DNA of 64,000 bases from Pseudogymnoascus verrucosus (Eukaryota): NCBI GenBank assembly GCA_001662655.1, contig KV460236.1. The stretch is one strand, 5' to 3'. Below the pieces are notes generated by a model. It worked only from the letters and a program-made list of their open reading frames with translations, was not told the DNA's origin and did no database searches. Below are positions 12,201-24,675 of this stretch, piece after piece; the first letter of the stretch is position 1; each line of letters opens with the position of its first letter. The position numbers and the translations under genes were made by a program.

Positions 12201-15200
12201 TAGCGGCCTGCTTCAAACATACCAGGAGCTCGTTGGTACTGGAGAGTAGCTACTAGAGGAGAGCTTGTACACTACTACTACTGCAGCTGGCAGCCAAAAG
12301 ACACATGGCGGGGGATTGGGCGTGTCAGTCACACCCCACTACCCCAGATGCAGTAAGTAGCGGCTGTCCTCATCGGCCCGTTCTCATGAAGATGGTAGGT
12401 GAAGTGGTAGAGGTGGTTGAGTAGAGCAGAGTAGCGACTAGGATGAGGCAGGAATATTCCGTAGAAGAGAATAGTAGAGTAGAGGATGCACGAAGTACTT
12501 GGTGTACCAAACCGTACAATCATCGAGAATCTCGTACCATCTGTACTTTTTCTCCGATGCATAGGCTATGGCTTGGAGGCGTTGAATATTACAGGGTCTC
12601 CTATACGAGTAGTGGCATAAGGCGTGGTTGTGGTCACAGCACGGTTGATTAGTTTGGCACTAATGCACTAATGCACTAATTTCTGGTCGAAGGATCTGAA
12701 TATTCCCTATTTCGTCGGGAAATGATGAACTCCTCTGGATCCCTTGCGGCCTGGAAGACTCATCCTCCATCCTTCCTCGTATGCTATAATCTGCGAAGTA
12801 TGATATGATCCCCCTCCGTGGCATATGAGAAGTGTCTCTAAAGCTTAGATCAGAGAACATACAACACGCCAAGAACAACATTCTTTCCTTTCCTCAACAT
12901 ATCTCCTGTGTCCCAAGCTGCAAAAGATGCACGGTCGTTTGTCAGCACTCTGTATCCATTAAAGCCTGATGACTGATTACTCTCCCCCCCTGCCACCTAC
13001 CAGCCCCGTTTGTACCGTCTAGTATCCAGTAAAGTTAGTTCCGTACTGTACGCCACCGTACACTTTACTACAAATACCACATAGTACATATGGTAGGGTG
13101 CCGATTCGGTCGAGGGCGATCCAGGCCATACCACCTTATTTACCACACTTCAAGCTATGCCATAGTAGTTCACAGGCAGCCAGTCGATCTAATCTAAGAG
13201 CCAGCCAGTCCAATAGGCGCCATGGCATGAGATAACAAATAATAAACGCACGGAAAGATGCACGGCTATAGCATAATCAGACCAATCACGCGCGAAGCTG
13301 TCGCGACCCTAAATCAAGGGAATCCCTTATTAGTGAAATCACTATGCCCGTCACGGATTGAGTAAATGCCGCTTGCTCCTCAATCTAGATTTCCGACGGT
13401 ATTCGCGCTCTTCCCTAGACAGAACAGCGAACTCCGCGTCTAGCAAAGTCCCCGTCGTACTTACAAACAGAAAACTCCGTACTCAAGGTAACTATGACAC
13501 TTGTACGCACGTATGTAACCACCCTACCCGCAAAAAACCGAGGCTACAACCTCCCCACCACCCCTCCACCAAATTTCAGCCTCGCAAGCCAAGACAACCC
13601 ACCACCCCACACCCCCCGCCCGACAAACGCATCCCTGTCCTCCCCCCCCTGTCCCGACACTTCACCGCACCCAATATCGCCTAGCGGCTCATGCAGCCCT
13701 CTCAATCCCTGCTCCAGCCAACCAGATGCTCTGAATCGGCGCCAAGCGGGGTGACAGGGGAGGTGGACAACGGCGAAGTGGCGGAACAGCGATCGTTGCG
13801 ATGGAGGTGACGAAGGTGATATCGCTCTTCAGCCCCCAATATGCGGCGGTTTGAGACGGGGTCGGGGTGAGGAGAAATGAAATGGAGGAGAGATGCACCG
13901 GAATCGCCGCGCGTGAGGCGGGATGGAGTAACGGCGACGCCGACGGTGTTGGGGAGAGGGAGATAGCGGGTCGGAGAGGGCGAGACTGGCGGGGGGACCA
14001 TGCGGAGTTAAGACGGAGAGCGGAGCTATAGGGACGGGGTTGCGGCCGTTGGGTTTCTGCCGCGTGGGAGATTGCGGCCGCTTGGTGCGCTTGGTGCTGG
14101 ATGGGGGATTTGTGAGGGGGTGACTTGGTGCACGTTGGGATCATCAGTGGGTGCCCGAGACCGAGGGCGGGACACAAACACACGCCTTGGATGAGAAAGG
14201 AGGCATATTGGGGGCTGCTATTCCCGATACGGTGGTATTCAAGCTGTCGACTCCTTCTGCATAGCAAAGCTGTGCAGAAGTGCTATGGTTTAGTTACCGG
14301 ATCCTACCGGGTCCGCAGCTTGATGTTGAGAGCGCGGCCCACTGAGCCCTACGCCCTGTGGGGTTGTCAATTTTGACAGAGCAGTTTGTACGTACTACTC
14401 GTACATCACAGTTTGATGAGTGTACTCATTTCTACAGAAGTCTACGATCCCGGACCTACAGAGTGCTTGGGCGTGGCATCAACGTCCAAAACGTCGTCCA
14501 ATCTGCCCCTGAGGCGTGAATCAACCCTCTCCTTTTTCCACCCCAAACCTTCAAATATCAAGCTCAAGAATTCAGGGGCACGCACCCCCGATCTCATCCA
14601 CGTTTCCGGAAGATTTTAACGGCTGTTACTGTACGCCAGTCAGCGTGGTTGTGGTGCAACGCTGGCACCGTACATTACAGTACCGGTGCATTTAGCGGCT
14701 TCTCGTCGTGTTCCATATCAGCCCCAAGCCTCACCCGCCTGGTGCTGTGATTCGATCACGACCCTTCCTTCCAGATGCCAGGGTGATTTCTTCTGTGGAA
14801 GGAGGCGCACCCTTCGTTCCGTTTTCGTCGAAAGGAGCATTCGGCGTTCGCGAATTGCAGGCCACCATGTCAGCCCTTTTAGTACCAAGCCAGCCGTCCA
14901 TTATTAGACGTCTGACAATGGGACTAGGGGGCAGCACTACAAAAACAGCAACCCAAGGAACCTTCATCCCAAGATAGGTACTTGTAGGTACACCACTTTC
15001 TCTCTCTGTCGGGTTCCTACCACACCTTTTGAAGCTTTCACGTCAATTCATCTCCCCAACCCCAGTTCTCATCTCACGACCTTGCTTTTGCCAAGAAATT
15101 GTGTCAGCTTCGCTCCCAACTCTCCCTTCCCTCGGGTGCGAAACCAAGCACCGCTTCACACCTGTCGAATTGGATGGCGGAGCGAGCACGCAGCTTTAGG

Positions 15201-18200
15201 TTCTCACCACCTCACGCCCGCGATGGCAGCAGCGACCCAGCAGAGCGGGAGGGGAGACGTTACCCTCGGCTTCGTGCGCTTCATGGGACACAGACAACAT
15301 ATGATAATACAATTGAGGAATATTGCTCGTCCATCCCCACTGCTCGCTCTACCCGCTCCAATCGTCTCGTCACAACGCTTTGAAAAACGGGCCGAAGAGG
15401 AGATAATCCACTTCAGCTCTCAGCCCTACCTTATCGACCCATCAGCGCGCCAGCTCTGCCGCTTCTCATGCCCCTTTCCCCCATCGGAAGGCCTCTCTCC
15501 CGCAAGCACCCGTGGCATCATCACCCCCCCTCACCTCCCCAAGCATCACCATTCCACCCGTCAAATACTCCCGAACCCACACGCCTAAACTCACCTTTCT
15601 CCTGCATCAGCAAGTACAGTACCGCGCGATACATTCACCGTCGCAGAACCAACCCGTCCTGCAGCGCCAGCACACCCTCGACGCCCCCTGCATCCACGTT
15701 GCATTGCAGCGTTAGTCGCGCTACGCTATTGGGAGATGGGCTTGCGAGGGCGCTGCGGCGCGGGTGGAGCGGGTGTGTTCACGGTGGTGTTGTACGTAAA
15801 TCATGAGGGGGCTGTGTTTGGGCGGGTCGGGCGGGTAAAAGGGGGCTGGCGCGGCGGCTGGGGTTATCGGCGCGTAGGAGATGGCTATTTGCGGGTGATA
15901 GGGATAAGGGTATCGGTGTGAGATGAGGGGGAGATAGGGAGGGATTGGTGAGGTTTTGAGGTAGGATCGTGATGTTTGTTGATATTTGTTGACATATAGG
16001 AGACTTCCTTGTTCGGCGGCACATCTAGTAGGTACCCTCCAATCCCATCCCCAGCTACTCTCATACACTCCCAAAATACGAATACCCCCTCTCCACGTGT
16101 TCATCTTCCCCGGCAGAGTCAAACTCCATCCTCCGCCCAGCTTCCTTCAAAGGTGGGTATACAAAACTTATATTTAGCGCCCCCAGCCGCCCCGCGTGCG
16201 AAACGCGGAAACGATCGCTAATCCTCCCCACCAGGCGCAGTCACGCCCCTCTCCCCCCATTTATCTTGGCACCCACACGATAATAGCAAGCGGAAGGATT
16301 GCGAAGGATTTGGAACCTAGACGCGCACGTTTATTTTACGATAGAGGGGCGGGGAAGGGTGGTGCGTGGCAGATTGATAGACAGACGCGGTGGGTGAGCC
16401 TTGTGGGATTGTGTTCCTGGTGCCGCGGGCGCGCGCGTGTTGCTGAAGGATTACGAAGCATGCCTTCCTATCTTATCCTGATTGAGGGGTCGAGCTCGTT
16501 CTTGATGTAGCGCCTGCTATGTCTCAGGGGAAAGCGGGGCTTGGCCGCCCTTTGGTGCTGTGCTGTACTGTACATCGCCATTTGCAGGTGAGGATATTAT
16601 CCACTTCTGCTCGTATTTCCACTTCGTATTATCACGGTACCTCACAGCTCGGACGCCCTGCTATTCCCTATTATTTCCGCCCGACTGCGCACGGAAAGTG
16701 CCACGCGTAGTTGTTCTAATCTACGTGGTTTTTTCTACTCTAGTCGTCACGCACGGGGGGCCAAGACGCGACTCATAGCCAATTGACACGCCACCAAAAC
16801 GGTGGGAGCAGAGATTAAAGTTAGGTAGTTACGTGATCTAGCGAACGTTTCTCTGCCTCCGACGCGTGTTGGATTGGTGGAGAAGGGCCGACTGGCAGCG
16901 GGCTGAGGAGGGGGACCTGACATTTCGTTGACGTAGGATCCGTGGGCACGCCCTCTTGGCTGGATTAGAGGGGTTTATTGGGCTAGCAAGCTTTTCCAGG
17001 TTGCTTGTTAGGTGATCAGATAACAGTACCAGAGATGCGAATGATGTGGGGGCCTTGGATGGACGGTTGTCTTGTCCGACAATCCGCCCCCAAGGGCTCG
17101 TAACGGTTCGCAGATCGTTGGCCTCGACCGTGCGATCGACAGCGGAACTTGCCTCCTATGCCGTACCATCCGATAACCATCGGTGGGTTCGATAACGCAG
17201 CTCTCCCCGCCTCTTCCGCTGCCAGCCGAGGACTGGGCGCCGCCGTTGGGAGGGAGGGCCGGTGGTGCTACTGCTTACGTTGACAGGCGGCTGAGGGTGC
17301 TGACTGACTGACGTGTGACATGTTTCCTGCATCGGCAGTTAGTCGTAGCGGCGGAGCTTGGTATTGGGATTTTGGGGCGGACAATTGGTAAGCTGCTGTG
17401 GTGTCGATAGGGGACTTTGATCTTCACTTGTTTTTTAGACTGGAGAAAAAGGGGGTCCGAGTTGCGTGGTAATTTGGGAAGCTAGTTTCGGATATGATAT
17501 CTTGTTTAGCGTTGTTATTTCCCAGTGCAATCTAGGAAAAAGTTGATGATCGCTCGCTGGGGCTGTCTTAAATTTGATTTGTAAGGGTTGCTTTGAAGGA
17601 TCTCATCCTGTCTCAAATCGTTGCCCGACGTCCCAATAAGGGGGTAGTATGTTCGGAAGAGCGGAACAAGTATTCCCCGCAAGGATCCGCGAGCTCCCCG
17701 ACATCCCCACAATGGAAATACGCTCGATACGATACATAGTGCCGTTTCTTAACCAAAACAACGGGACTCACGGACTCACGGACTTGAACTTGATTGCGAT
17801 GTCCACCCTCACCCCTTCCCCCATCACGAACCCCCTCAAAGTACAGTACATCGCTCTACTTCCACGACAAATCCAAACCCATAAACCCATAAAAAAACCC
17901 ATGCGCAAGTGCGCCACCTCAATATCTCAATACCACTCTGCCTCGCCGCGCGTATAATCTCCCCCATCACCAGAATTCCAAATCCCCCCCCCCAAACCCC
18001 GTGCCGTGCACCCATACCATACCCACTGGTTATACTCCAGAAGTGGGTGTGCGGGGTACAGCAAGTACATGGCCCTCACTCAAGCCTCGCACCCAGGTCC
18101 AGCCCAGCCATCGAGACGTCATCGACAGCCAGCGTATCCGCTCCCTCCCCGAAGCGCTGCACAGCCCCCCTCGGCCGTCCTCTCGCCGGTGTGCAGTTGC

Positions 18201-21200
18201 TGCATGCATGTATACGCGGCATGCAGCGTGTCTAAGAGGGCATCAGGCAGGTAGCAAGCCAGATCCCGATTTCCCCTTCACCGTTCCCTACGGACGTATA
18301 GTCTGGCATCATCGCGGTGGCTTTGTTGGGGGGAGTCGGGGTCGGGGTCGGGGTTCAGTGGAACGGCCGAACCAGGCCACGAGGGGGGGTCGCAAGGGGG
18401 TTGCAGGCAACCAACGACGATGCAGGGTCGATTGGCATATCTAGCCTGCGCACTTGGCGGTGATTTGATGGGATTCCATTTCGCTAGGAGGTTGGTGGTT
18501 GTGATGCGGAGTTAGCTGCTTATTTCCCTTAGTTTGCGGGTAGGGGTGTGTGCCACCGTTGCAACAGAGACCTGGAGAGGTGTGCTGGGTTGTGGTGATA
18601 GTCACTGGGTTGACTTGCTTTACTGGATTCACTGCTACTATGGCCCGTATTGCTTTGGGGATCAACGGTATCGGGGATGAGGTGGGGCTGCAGTACGAGA
18701 TATTGTCTCAAAGGTTGATCTAAATCAATCGGTGGGTATGCGTTTTCAGCTTTCTCGTGTTTTCAAATCCTCGAAGTAGGTCTCCATCTGCTGGGCAATA
18801 TGCTTGCCCCTGACTGAGAGAGGTTGTTGTGGGAGCCCTCGTTGAGCTGGCAAAGACCAGGTATTTGCTTTCTCTCCTTTCTCTCCTTAGCTCAAGGAAT
18901 AGAACATAGGGCCCCTAGCCTTCAGGTATTACTTACTCTAGTTTGTTGGGTGTTTTGCCCACAGTTTCTACAGCTTCACGTCCCCTGAAGCGCTCTCTTT
19001 TTATAATTCCCATTCATTTGCTTCTCATTGTTCGTTGCTTGTATTTACGAGCACCCCCTGGCACAGAGAATGCTTTTTCTTCACTCTGCCAGTTAGTTCT
19101 TGAGACGTTTCTGTAAATAGGGGTTTTTCTATGGTCAGACTTCTCTTCGATAGGGGTTCCTACTGAGGGTTTATTTCATTACGCAACTGAGAAAGCTTGA
19201 ATCCTTGTCTCTATCTTCATTCTTGCAATTCTACAGAGGAGAGTAACTTGCGAAGAGTTCAATATTGAGCGTGGATAGAACTGTATCTCAAGAAACCTCA
19301 ACAGTAGGCTATCTAAATCCCAAAGAACCCCTTTTGGGACTCTCAGGGCCATCTCAAACTGTCCGGTCCATACGCAAACCCATATTGAACAAGCTCAAGA
19401 GTTTTTCTCCTGTCACAAGGCTAACTCATCGTTTCCATTTCAATCATTTCCTGAACGAGCAAAAATCCCAAATGTCCATCAAGCTTCATACATATTTCAA
19501 GGACCGAATCTCTCCTGGCAAGGCCATCCGACATCAGAAGCTATGCTGGAGAGTTTGTCGCGGGTAGCAATGAATGCTAGAGTTCTACTTTGGTCTGTTG
19601 AGAAACACAAACCAGGAACAGGCTGCCCGTATACCGCCCGTCAACATGCATATCCAACCCAGAATGTGAGTTTTTTCAACTTCTACTCTCATGGATGGTT
19701 TTTATCGCAAGGTGGCCTACTTCTTCATATTGTGCTTCGATTTATTCTTCTGATGCGTGTCTATTCGGGCTCATGTAGCCATTTTACTTTAGCCCTTCGA
19801 GCAAATTGCAAAGCCAGTCTCAATCGCCTTCTCTTCATTTATTTGAGCACAATATACGGTCTCTTGTCCTGTGAGATGGGGAATTGCACATGCTGGTGGG
19901 CTCATTCTCCTCTATCTCCCTGATCCGCTTCCCTTTGTCAAATAGACTGCCCCTGATGGATAAATTCCTCATTCCCCGAGACCGGACGTACTGCCGAAGC
20001 CAGACAATTGTCGGAGGCTTACGCTGTTCGTTCCAAGTGCGCCCACACTCCCGAACTCCTGCCGTGGCCCTTTTAGTGGGCGAGCAGCAACAGCGCAGCG
20101 GTGTTAGCAAGAAGACGTCCCTTGTCGCTCTGTTCTGCTGTCACCGAATCACTGCTGTCACCATCCTTCCGCTTCTCCACCGTCACCACAGCTCTGTGGT
20201 GATCAGCCCACCAGCGGTGAAGGGTGGCTGGATAGCCCGAGAGTTGAGAAGGGGTGCCGGGAGAGTCTGCGCGGCTGCCGCTGGACTGGACGACCCAGTT
20301 TGCCGTGCGGTCTGCAGCCTCGATGTGCACGAAGTTCGTGGAAGACTATAAACTACCCATAGCGTCATCGATATGGTGCCTTAGATTATGGGCTTAGATG
20401 ATGGGGGGTCGCTACGCTTGCTCGGAAGACGATGCTCACATGAACAAGATCATCGTACCTCAACGTAACCTTGAGGTTGACAATATATTCACCAGTGCTA
20501 ACTAGGAACCCAGCTACGTCTTCAAGGTGGTTGTTGTTCACACCAGCATCGTTCGGGGCGTTAACCCAATATACTACGCCGTGCTCCAGGAGCTCACGAT
20601 TGGTTTCCCAGCTGGAGATCCCAGATATATTTGTCATTTACGCTAGGCCGTGTTGGAGATTGGCATATGAGGGTGTGCTCGGATCCATAAGATCCAGTCA
20701 GTGGAGTTGAAATGAGATTCACCTTATTTTATAGCTGCGTTCCAGACATATTGGCTTTCTCAAAACTACGAGCAATATAACATGTAAGCCACCTATCAAA
20801 TGATCTCATCCATCATTACTACAACTGAAGCCCTGCGCCGAGTCCAAAATCCGGTAATTCTCCTAGTATATAACGCTCCAGTGAGTTAACCTTGATGCCT
20901 CAGGAAAGACATGGGAAGAGATCCATCCGTGAAGCTTTTTGCTTTCTTTCGAAAATATAGGAATGGGATTGGGTGTGGAAATATGGGAGCGGGGACTGGT
21001 AGGAGTGAGGAGTGAGGAGTGAAGTCCTGCCTTCGCGACTAGAATACTGTCTGTCACTGCATTTCTTGTCACCGTTGTCTTTCTGCCGTCATTCCTAATT
21101 CTCACCAGTGGTAGCAAGGTCATCAAGTACGTTAAGGGCATCCGCTTCTTCTTACGGCTATTATGCTCGAGTGCAGAGCCAGAGCGAAGAGCCACGACGG

Positions 21201-21374
21201 CACGCACATGTATCAGATGCCATCATTAGCGTATGGCGATGCAGTGTTGCTAGATGAGGCGTATCTCGGACAAATTTATGTCGGTCAACCTACATGTCAG
21301 CCACTTCTAGTGATCCTGTCTATCTCAACCAGCTTCTTCAGATGATGAACATCTTGACACGCTACGGCTCCTTA

Positions 21375-21439
21375 TAATTCCAAACATGGAAATATGAAGT
21401 ATGGTAATTCCAAGCATGGAAATATGAAGTATGGTAATT
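21375..21439. repeat. 30-bp tandem duplication (TAATTCCAARCATGGAAATATGAAGTATGG x2)
   Basis: Two adjacent copies differing at one base. Confidence 0.92.
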
Positions 21440-23524
21440 GCATCAAGAGGTAAAATTCACTGCTATATTTTCTCTCCGGTAAGTTGGTGAGGTAAGTAAC
21501 AACTTTCCCATCTGTCTTGCACCTCTCAAACCACAAGAACAGCGCGATATGAGGGTCTCCAATAGCTAGTTTCCGGTAAATGGCTCATCTTGGTATCACT
21601 ATTATCTGATATTATCCTGATATCCGAACTTACCGGCTGGCTTTTCAACACGCGCAACAAGATCCGATCTAGCTTCCTAATATCCTTTCTCCAACTGACA
21701 CAGCTTCGACTCCAGCATCAGCTTTGGAGAGAACTATCACTGTTTCTGAGATATCGATCAATCTGGGCGATATATTCTACGGCAGAGATGCTATAGGAGA
21801 AATCCCCATGCGCATTCAAACGACTATTTCTTATTTACTCTCCACGCCCGCCTTCTCCCTCCCCAACCAGCCCCTTGGATCTTTTGATCACCTATAAATA
21901 ATGCTCACCGCGCAACCATGTAATAAACAGCCCACAAAGAGAAAATTCAGGAACTCCACGGTCTGAGGCCCCAAAGGAGGATAGATGCGGGCAGGGTCAG
22001 GCCATCACGTCCCTAGGAACACACACTGGCGTACAATTAGATTTACCCAAAACCTGCCGTCTACGATCAGCATCGTAATTATAACAACAATAGATTACCA
22101 TTGATATCACCACTTTTGGACTTATTCGTCTGTGATATTACTACTGCATCGTTTACAAATGGGGGTCTAATCCAGGATCAGACCTCGGACAAGACCTCTT
22201 ACATTATCATTCGGAATATCACTATTTTCGGAGTCCCGAACGAAAGCTGTTTGTTCTCGCTGCCGCCACCGCCGCTCTCTTGTCACCGGTCGTTCTCACT
22301 GCCACCCCCTTTCGAAGGTTGATGTGCGTTTATGCAGCGATGGGACATAGATAATAACGATGCTAGTGAGGTTGGATGCGACGGTTTCGGCGGTTCTGTG
22401 GTGCCGGTGGTAGTGTTGATGGTGCTGATGGTAGGAAGGTCGAGGGTGAAGCTAGGGGATTTACATGCGGTCGTACGCGTGGCAGAAGGTTGTTCAAAAA
22501 GTCTTCCGCAAGGTCTGCTCCTGTTCTGACGAGATCTTCATATAAATTTATTTCGATTTTGCGATGTATTCTGTCCGATGGATGGATTCGTGCATGCAAG
22601 CCCTCTCTTTCGCCTTAATTATAATCGGACTTGTGGCTATCTTCCCTTCGGGAAGGCAGATTTGCAGTTTATGTCTTCAAAACCAAGTCGTCATGGGGTG
22701 GATACGCTTATATCCACATTGGGTGACATTCTTTCAAGTCTTGGAGGGAAGTAAGCTCTTCCAGTTTACTTTGCTAGTAATAGACAGTCTCGATCGTAGA
22801 TTTGTTCGAAAAACGTGCCGAGAAGCTCAAGGATACTTTGACAAGCGCTGCATCTGATGGAAGGGGTGTTCGTGGACAGTGCTCATGATGAAGGCAAATT
22901 CCTCGGGCTCCTCTCGCACAACCAAGACGTGGGGAAGGCCCATTCGAACCGGCGATAATGGGGGATATGTTACCGTCCTCCACCAACCATTGAGATGTGA
23001 TGACGAAGGTCGACTATCTCTACAACAATATCCAAGTCTTGGGTCTTGCTGCTGGGCATTGCCAACTCGTAATTGCTTCCATCCTTTGGTACAACTCCGA
23101 CCAACTATCTGAGGTGGATTTGAATATATGTCTAATAATCTGCTATCGATTCTGACCAATTCCCCCCGCCTCACTATGTACAAATAAATATTAAGCAATC
23201 TATCACCACTCTTTTATATAGACATATGAAATCTCTTATTTGTGTTGGTCGAATAGAGGATAAGTTGGCAGGTAAAGGGTAAAGTTCTGCTGAATTTATA
23301 ATTGTTGAAATGAAAATGATTTTATATCACAAAAAAAGATATTGACGTATAAAAAAAACAATACTCGACTTCCCCTCTATTGTTTCTCAGCAACCCCTTC
23401 ACTACAGCATTTATTTAAAATAAAAGTACTCCATTCCACCACACTACAAAAATTAACTCTTCTCCCCCGTCCCATCCGTATATATTAAAAGAAAATATAT
23501 ACACCAAAAAAGCAAAAAGATAAT

Positions 23525-23641
23525 TGAACAGAGTGGGACTCGAACCCACGCCACTTTCGTGACCAGGAAACTATATGAACGAATCACATGTATTAAGGTA
23601 TAACCTTAACCTGGCGCCATAACCATCTCGGCCATCTGTCC
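23525..23641 (-). tRNA. tRNA-Leu(AAG), 35-nt intron (23569-23603)
   Basis: Acceptor stem GGACAGA/TCTGTTC+A, D arm TGGCCGAGATGGT, anticodon stem CCAGG/CCTGG with loop TT-AAG-G then intron, long variable arm CACGAAAGTG, T arm GTGGG-TTCGAGT-CCCAC. Oligo-T terminator downstream. Confidence 0.95.
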
Positions 23642-23969
23642 GGGATGTTTGTTGATGGTTTGGGGCGCTTATTACGTCTTTTGTATGTCACTGATTTTTC
23701 TGTGTCCGTGTGTGTGGGGCACGCCGAAACTTTTTTTTTAGCAGGGTGGGAAAAATAAGGGTTTAGGTCAGGTGACTCGAGGCGGCAACCAAACTTTCAA
23801 TTAGAGTGCCAAAAAAACGCCCTGGGTTTATTGTTTCTTCTCGACTGGAAGGAGCGACACAGCAGGCAGTAAACTTAAAAGAAAGTAATATATTTAATAA
23901 CTAATGTAGGCCTCATCAGCCAAAAAATTAACATGGTATCATATACCATATAAAAAAGACAAAAAATAA

Positions 23970-24089
23970 TGAACAGAGTGGGACTCGAACCCACGCCACT
24001 TTCGTGACCAGGAAACACAACATGATAGAATCACATGATATTAAGGTATAACCTTAACCTGGCGCCATAACCATCTCGGCCATCTGTCC
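23970..24089 (-). tRNA. tRNA-Leu(AAG), 38-nt intron (24014-24051)
   Basis: Exons identical to the 23525-23641 copy; the intron has diverged. Confidence 0.95.
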
Positions 24090-24559
24090 GATGATTGATG
24101 GTGGTTCAAGCGTAGATGGGTATATATACCCTAGCGAAGGCGGGAAAGGACAAATTTTTTTCTCAATGCCCGTCATGGCTGGGAGGTGAGAATTATGATG
24201 ATGATGCTTCAATGCGCATCTACTCATCGGGGGGGTGGGGGGAGGTCTACGTGTTGGGGTTTCTACGAGCTTCACTTTTACAATTCCCCGACGGGCCCCC
24301 AATCCCCAACCCATCTTCATTTCCCATTCCCTCTCCTTCCCTCCTCGGATCTCCCATCCATCCCTCCGTCCGTCCTCGTCCCCAAATCCCCCGCTCGCTC
24401 TCAAAAGGCCCGACCGGCATCTCTTAAAAAAATAACCGTTTTCGGAATCCCATAAGTCCGCCTCCAAGACTTCCGAAGTAGGCAACCAAGGCAACCAAGG
24501 CAAGAAAAGCAAAGAAAAGGAAAAAATCCGAAATTAAGGCCGCGCCCGACTTCACCCGA

Positions 24560-24675
24560 AAGGTGCCTCTCTATCTCTGCAACGTAGTGAGAAATGGAGA
24601 TGACTCAAGTCTTGGCCGCCCGCGCGCCTGTTGTCCGTGTGGCTGGGTCGGTTGTGGTTGGGCTGAGGACACGAC
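24560..24675 (+). ncRNA. Candidate structured small RNA (H/ACA-like layout), unconfirmed
   Basis: Hairpin, then AGATGA (ANANNA, 24598-24603), then a second hairpin (24609-24670), then ACA (24669-24671). Branch site GCTAAC at 24710 and CAG at 24733-24735 follow. The first hairpin is short for a canonical H/ACA RNA. Confidence 0.25.

Noticed and set aside
13358..14267. 192-aa minus-strand ORF and overlapping plus-strand ORFs; also AAAGTCCCC (13445) and GGGGCT (14211) resembling RNase MRP P4 halves
   Set aside because: No recognisable domain. The two motifs are about 770 nt apart and lack the other conserved MRP elements.
1..23500. Starship or other large mobile element associated with the 5S or tRNA genes
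   Set aside because: Both 5S genes are intact, and I saw no tyrosine recombinase, transposase, RT/integrase or terminal repeats.
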